64,000 nt of DNA from Gemmatimonadota bacterium. Lineage in GTDB: Bacteria > Gemmatimonadota > Gemmatimonadetes > Palauibacterales > Palauibacteraceae. Location of the stretch: positions 2,279 through 66,278 of the forward strand of contig JBDGYE010000009.1 of assembly GCA_039584255.1 (NCBI GenBank). Reading direction: 5' to 3'. The notes under the pieces are model-generated. The model did not search any database and was not told where the DNA came from. It saw nothing but the letters and a program-made list of their open reading frames with translations. A program made the translations under genes and the position numbers. The first letter of the stretch is position 1. Each line of letters starts with the position of its first letter. Below, piece after piece: positions 63,661-64,000 of this stretch.

Positions 63661-64000
63661 GCAGCGCGCGCTGGTTCATGCCGACGGTCTTATGTGTGGT
63701 GTGCGGCGCCTCCGCCGGGATGGCGCAGGAGCCGGCCGAAGACGAGTCCGCGGAGTCGCAGGGTTCTCCGGTGGTGGAGCGGGAGGTCTTCACCTATCCC
63801 GGGGCGGCACGCCGGGATCCGTTCGAGCCGCTCGACGCCGCCGGTGAGTTCGGACCGCGCTTCGAGGACCTGGAGCTGACCGGAATCATTTACAGCCCGC
63901 AGGCGGGCAGCATCGTAGTGCTTGTCGATCGGGCCACCCACAGGCGCTACCGCGTTTGGGAGGGTGACACGATCGGGGGGGCCAAGCTCGTCGGCGTTCG
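63657..64000 (+). CDS. pilP: PilP-like pilus assembly lipoprotein (3' end outside window)
   Basis: This ORF is not in the supplied track because it has no stop before the window end. ATG 63657 overlaps the pilO stop (ATGA). My translation is MSSARWFMPTVLCVVCGASAGMAQE...RRDPFEPL...LELTGIIYSPQAGSIVVLVD...YRVWEGDTIGGAKLVGV, which fits the PilP pattern. Confidence 0.6.
   Translation, partial: MSSARWFMPTVLCVVCGASAGMAQEPAEDESAESQGSPVVEREVFTYPGAARRDPFEPLDAAGEFGPRFEDLELTGIIYSPQAGSIVVLVDRATHRRYRVWEGDTIGGAKLVGV

Noticed and set aside
1-64000. Search for CRISPR arrays, tRNA/rRNA genes, IS elements, integrases, phage genes and known defence-system genes
   Set aside because: Nothing was found by eye. 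The intergenic regions are short (mostly under 230 nt) and lack repeat-spacer structure or cloverleaf-like segments. No transposase, integrase, nuclease or other defence hallmark appears in any long ORF. An exhaustive computational scan was not possible.

Overview
High-GC (about two-thirds G+C by eye) bacterial chromosomal segment. It is almost entirely coding, with about 58 protein genes. I saw no rRNA, tRNA, CRISPR array, transposase or integrase. All family calls rest on motifs read by eye from the ORF translations; no BLAST or HMM search was possible.

Bases 1-34,000 are mostly housekeeping:
- gyrA 3' end, a PLP dehydratase, a PuuD-like amidotransferase and a HAD hydrolase
- a DsbA + VKOR disulfide pair and an RpoD-family sigma factor
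- a complete System I cytochrome c maturation operon (ccmABCDEFGH, minus strand, 7470-13461)
- archaeal-type phosphoglycerate mutase, a Cu-type P-type ATPase, PspA, an RCK-gated channel and HU
- a degenerate DEAD-box/DbpA-like protein, an alanine/cation symporter, a class V aminotransferase + serA
- a kbl-rpe-JAMM-(Ubl-E1-rhodanese) operon

Bases 34,110-64,000 are one co-directional (+) block of cell-envelope machinery:
- a TonB-like protein, a ~2080-aa SprA-like outer-membrane protein and ComEA
- pilB-pilT-pilC, an Rrf2 regulator, pilS-pilR and a sigma-54 promoter
- a short major pilin whose frame is broken by one extra base
- a five-gene translationally coupled operon of four GT-C-fold membrane glycosyltransferases plus one polyprenyl-phosphate GT2
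- two minor pilins and pilMNOP (pilP is cut by the window end)

The most interesting candidate is the glycosyltransferase operon wedged inside the type IV pilus locus. It may be a PMT/YfhO-type pilin O-glycosylation pathway. Secondary items are the frameshifted pilin, the Ubl-E1-rhodanese fusion with its JAMM protease, the SprA-like gene in what looks like a non-Bacteroidetes background, a pseudo-helicase, and a K+ channel with a GYE filter. Taxonomy (possibly Gemmatimonadota-like or FCB-related) is only a guess from gene content.
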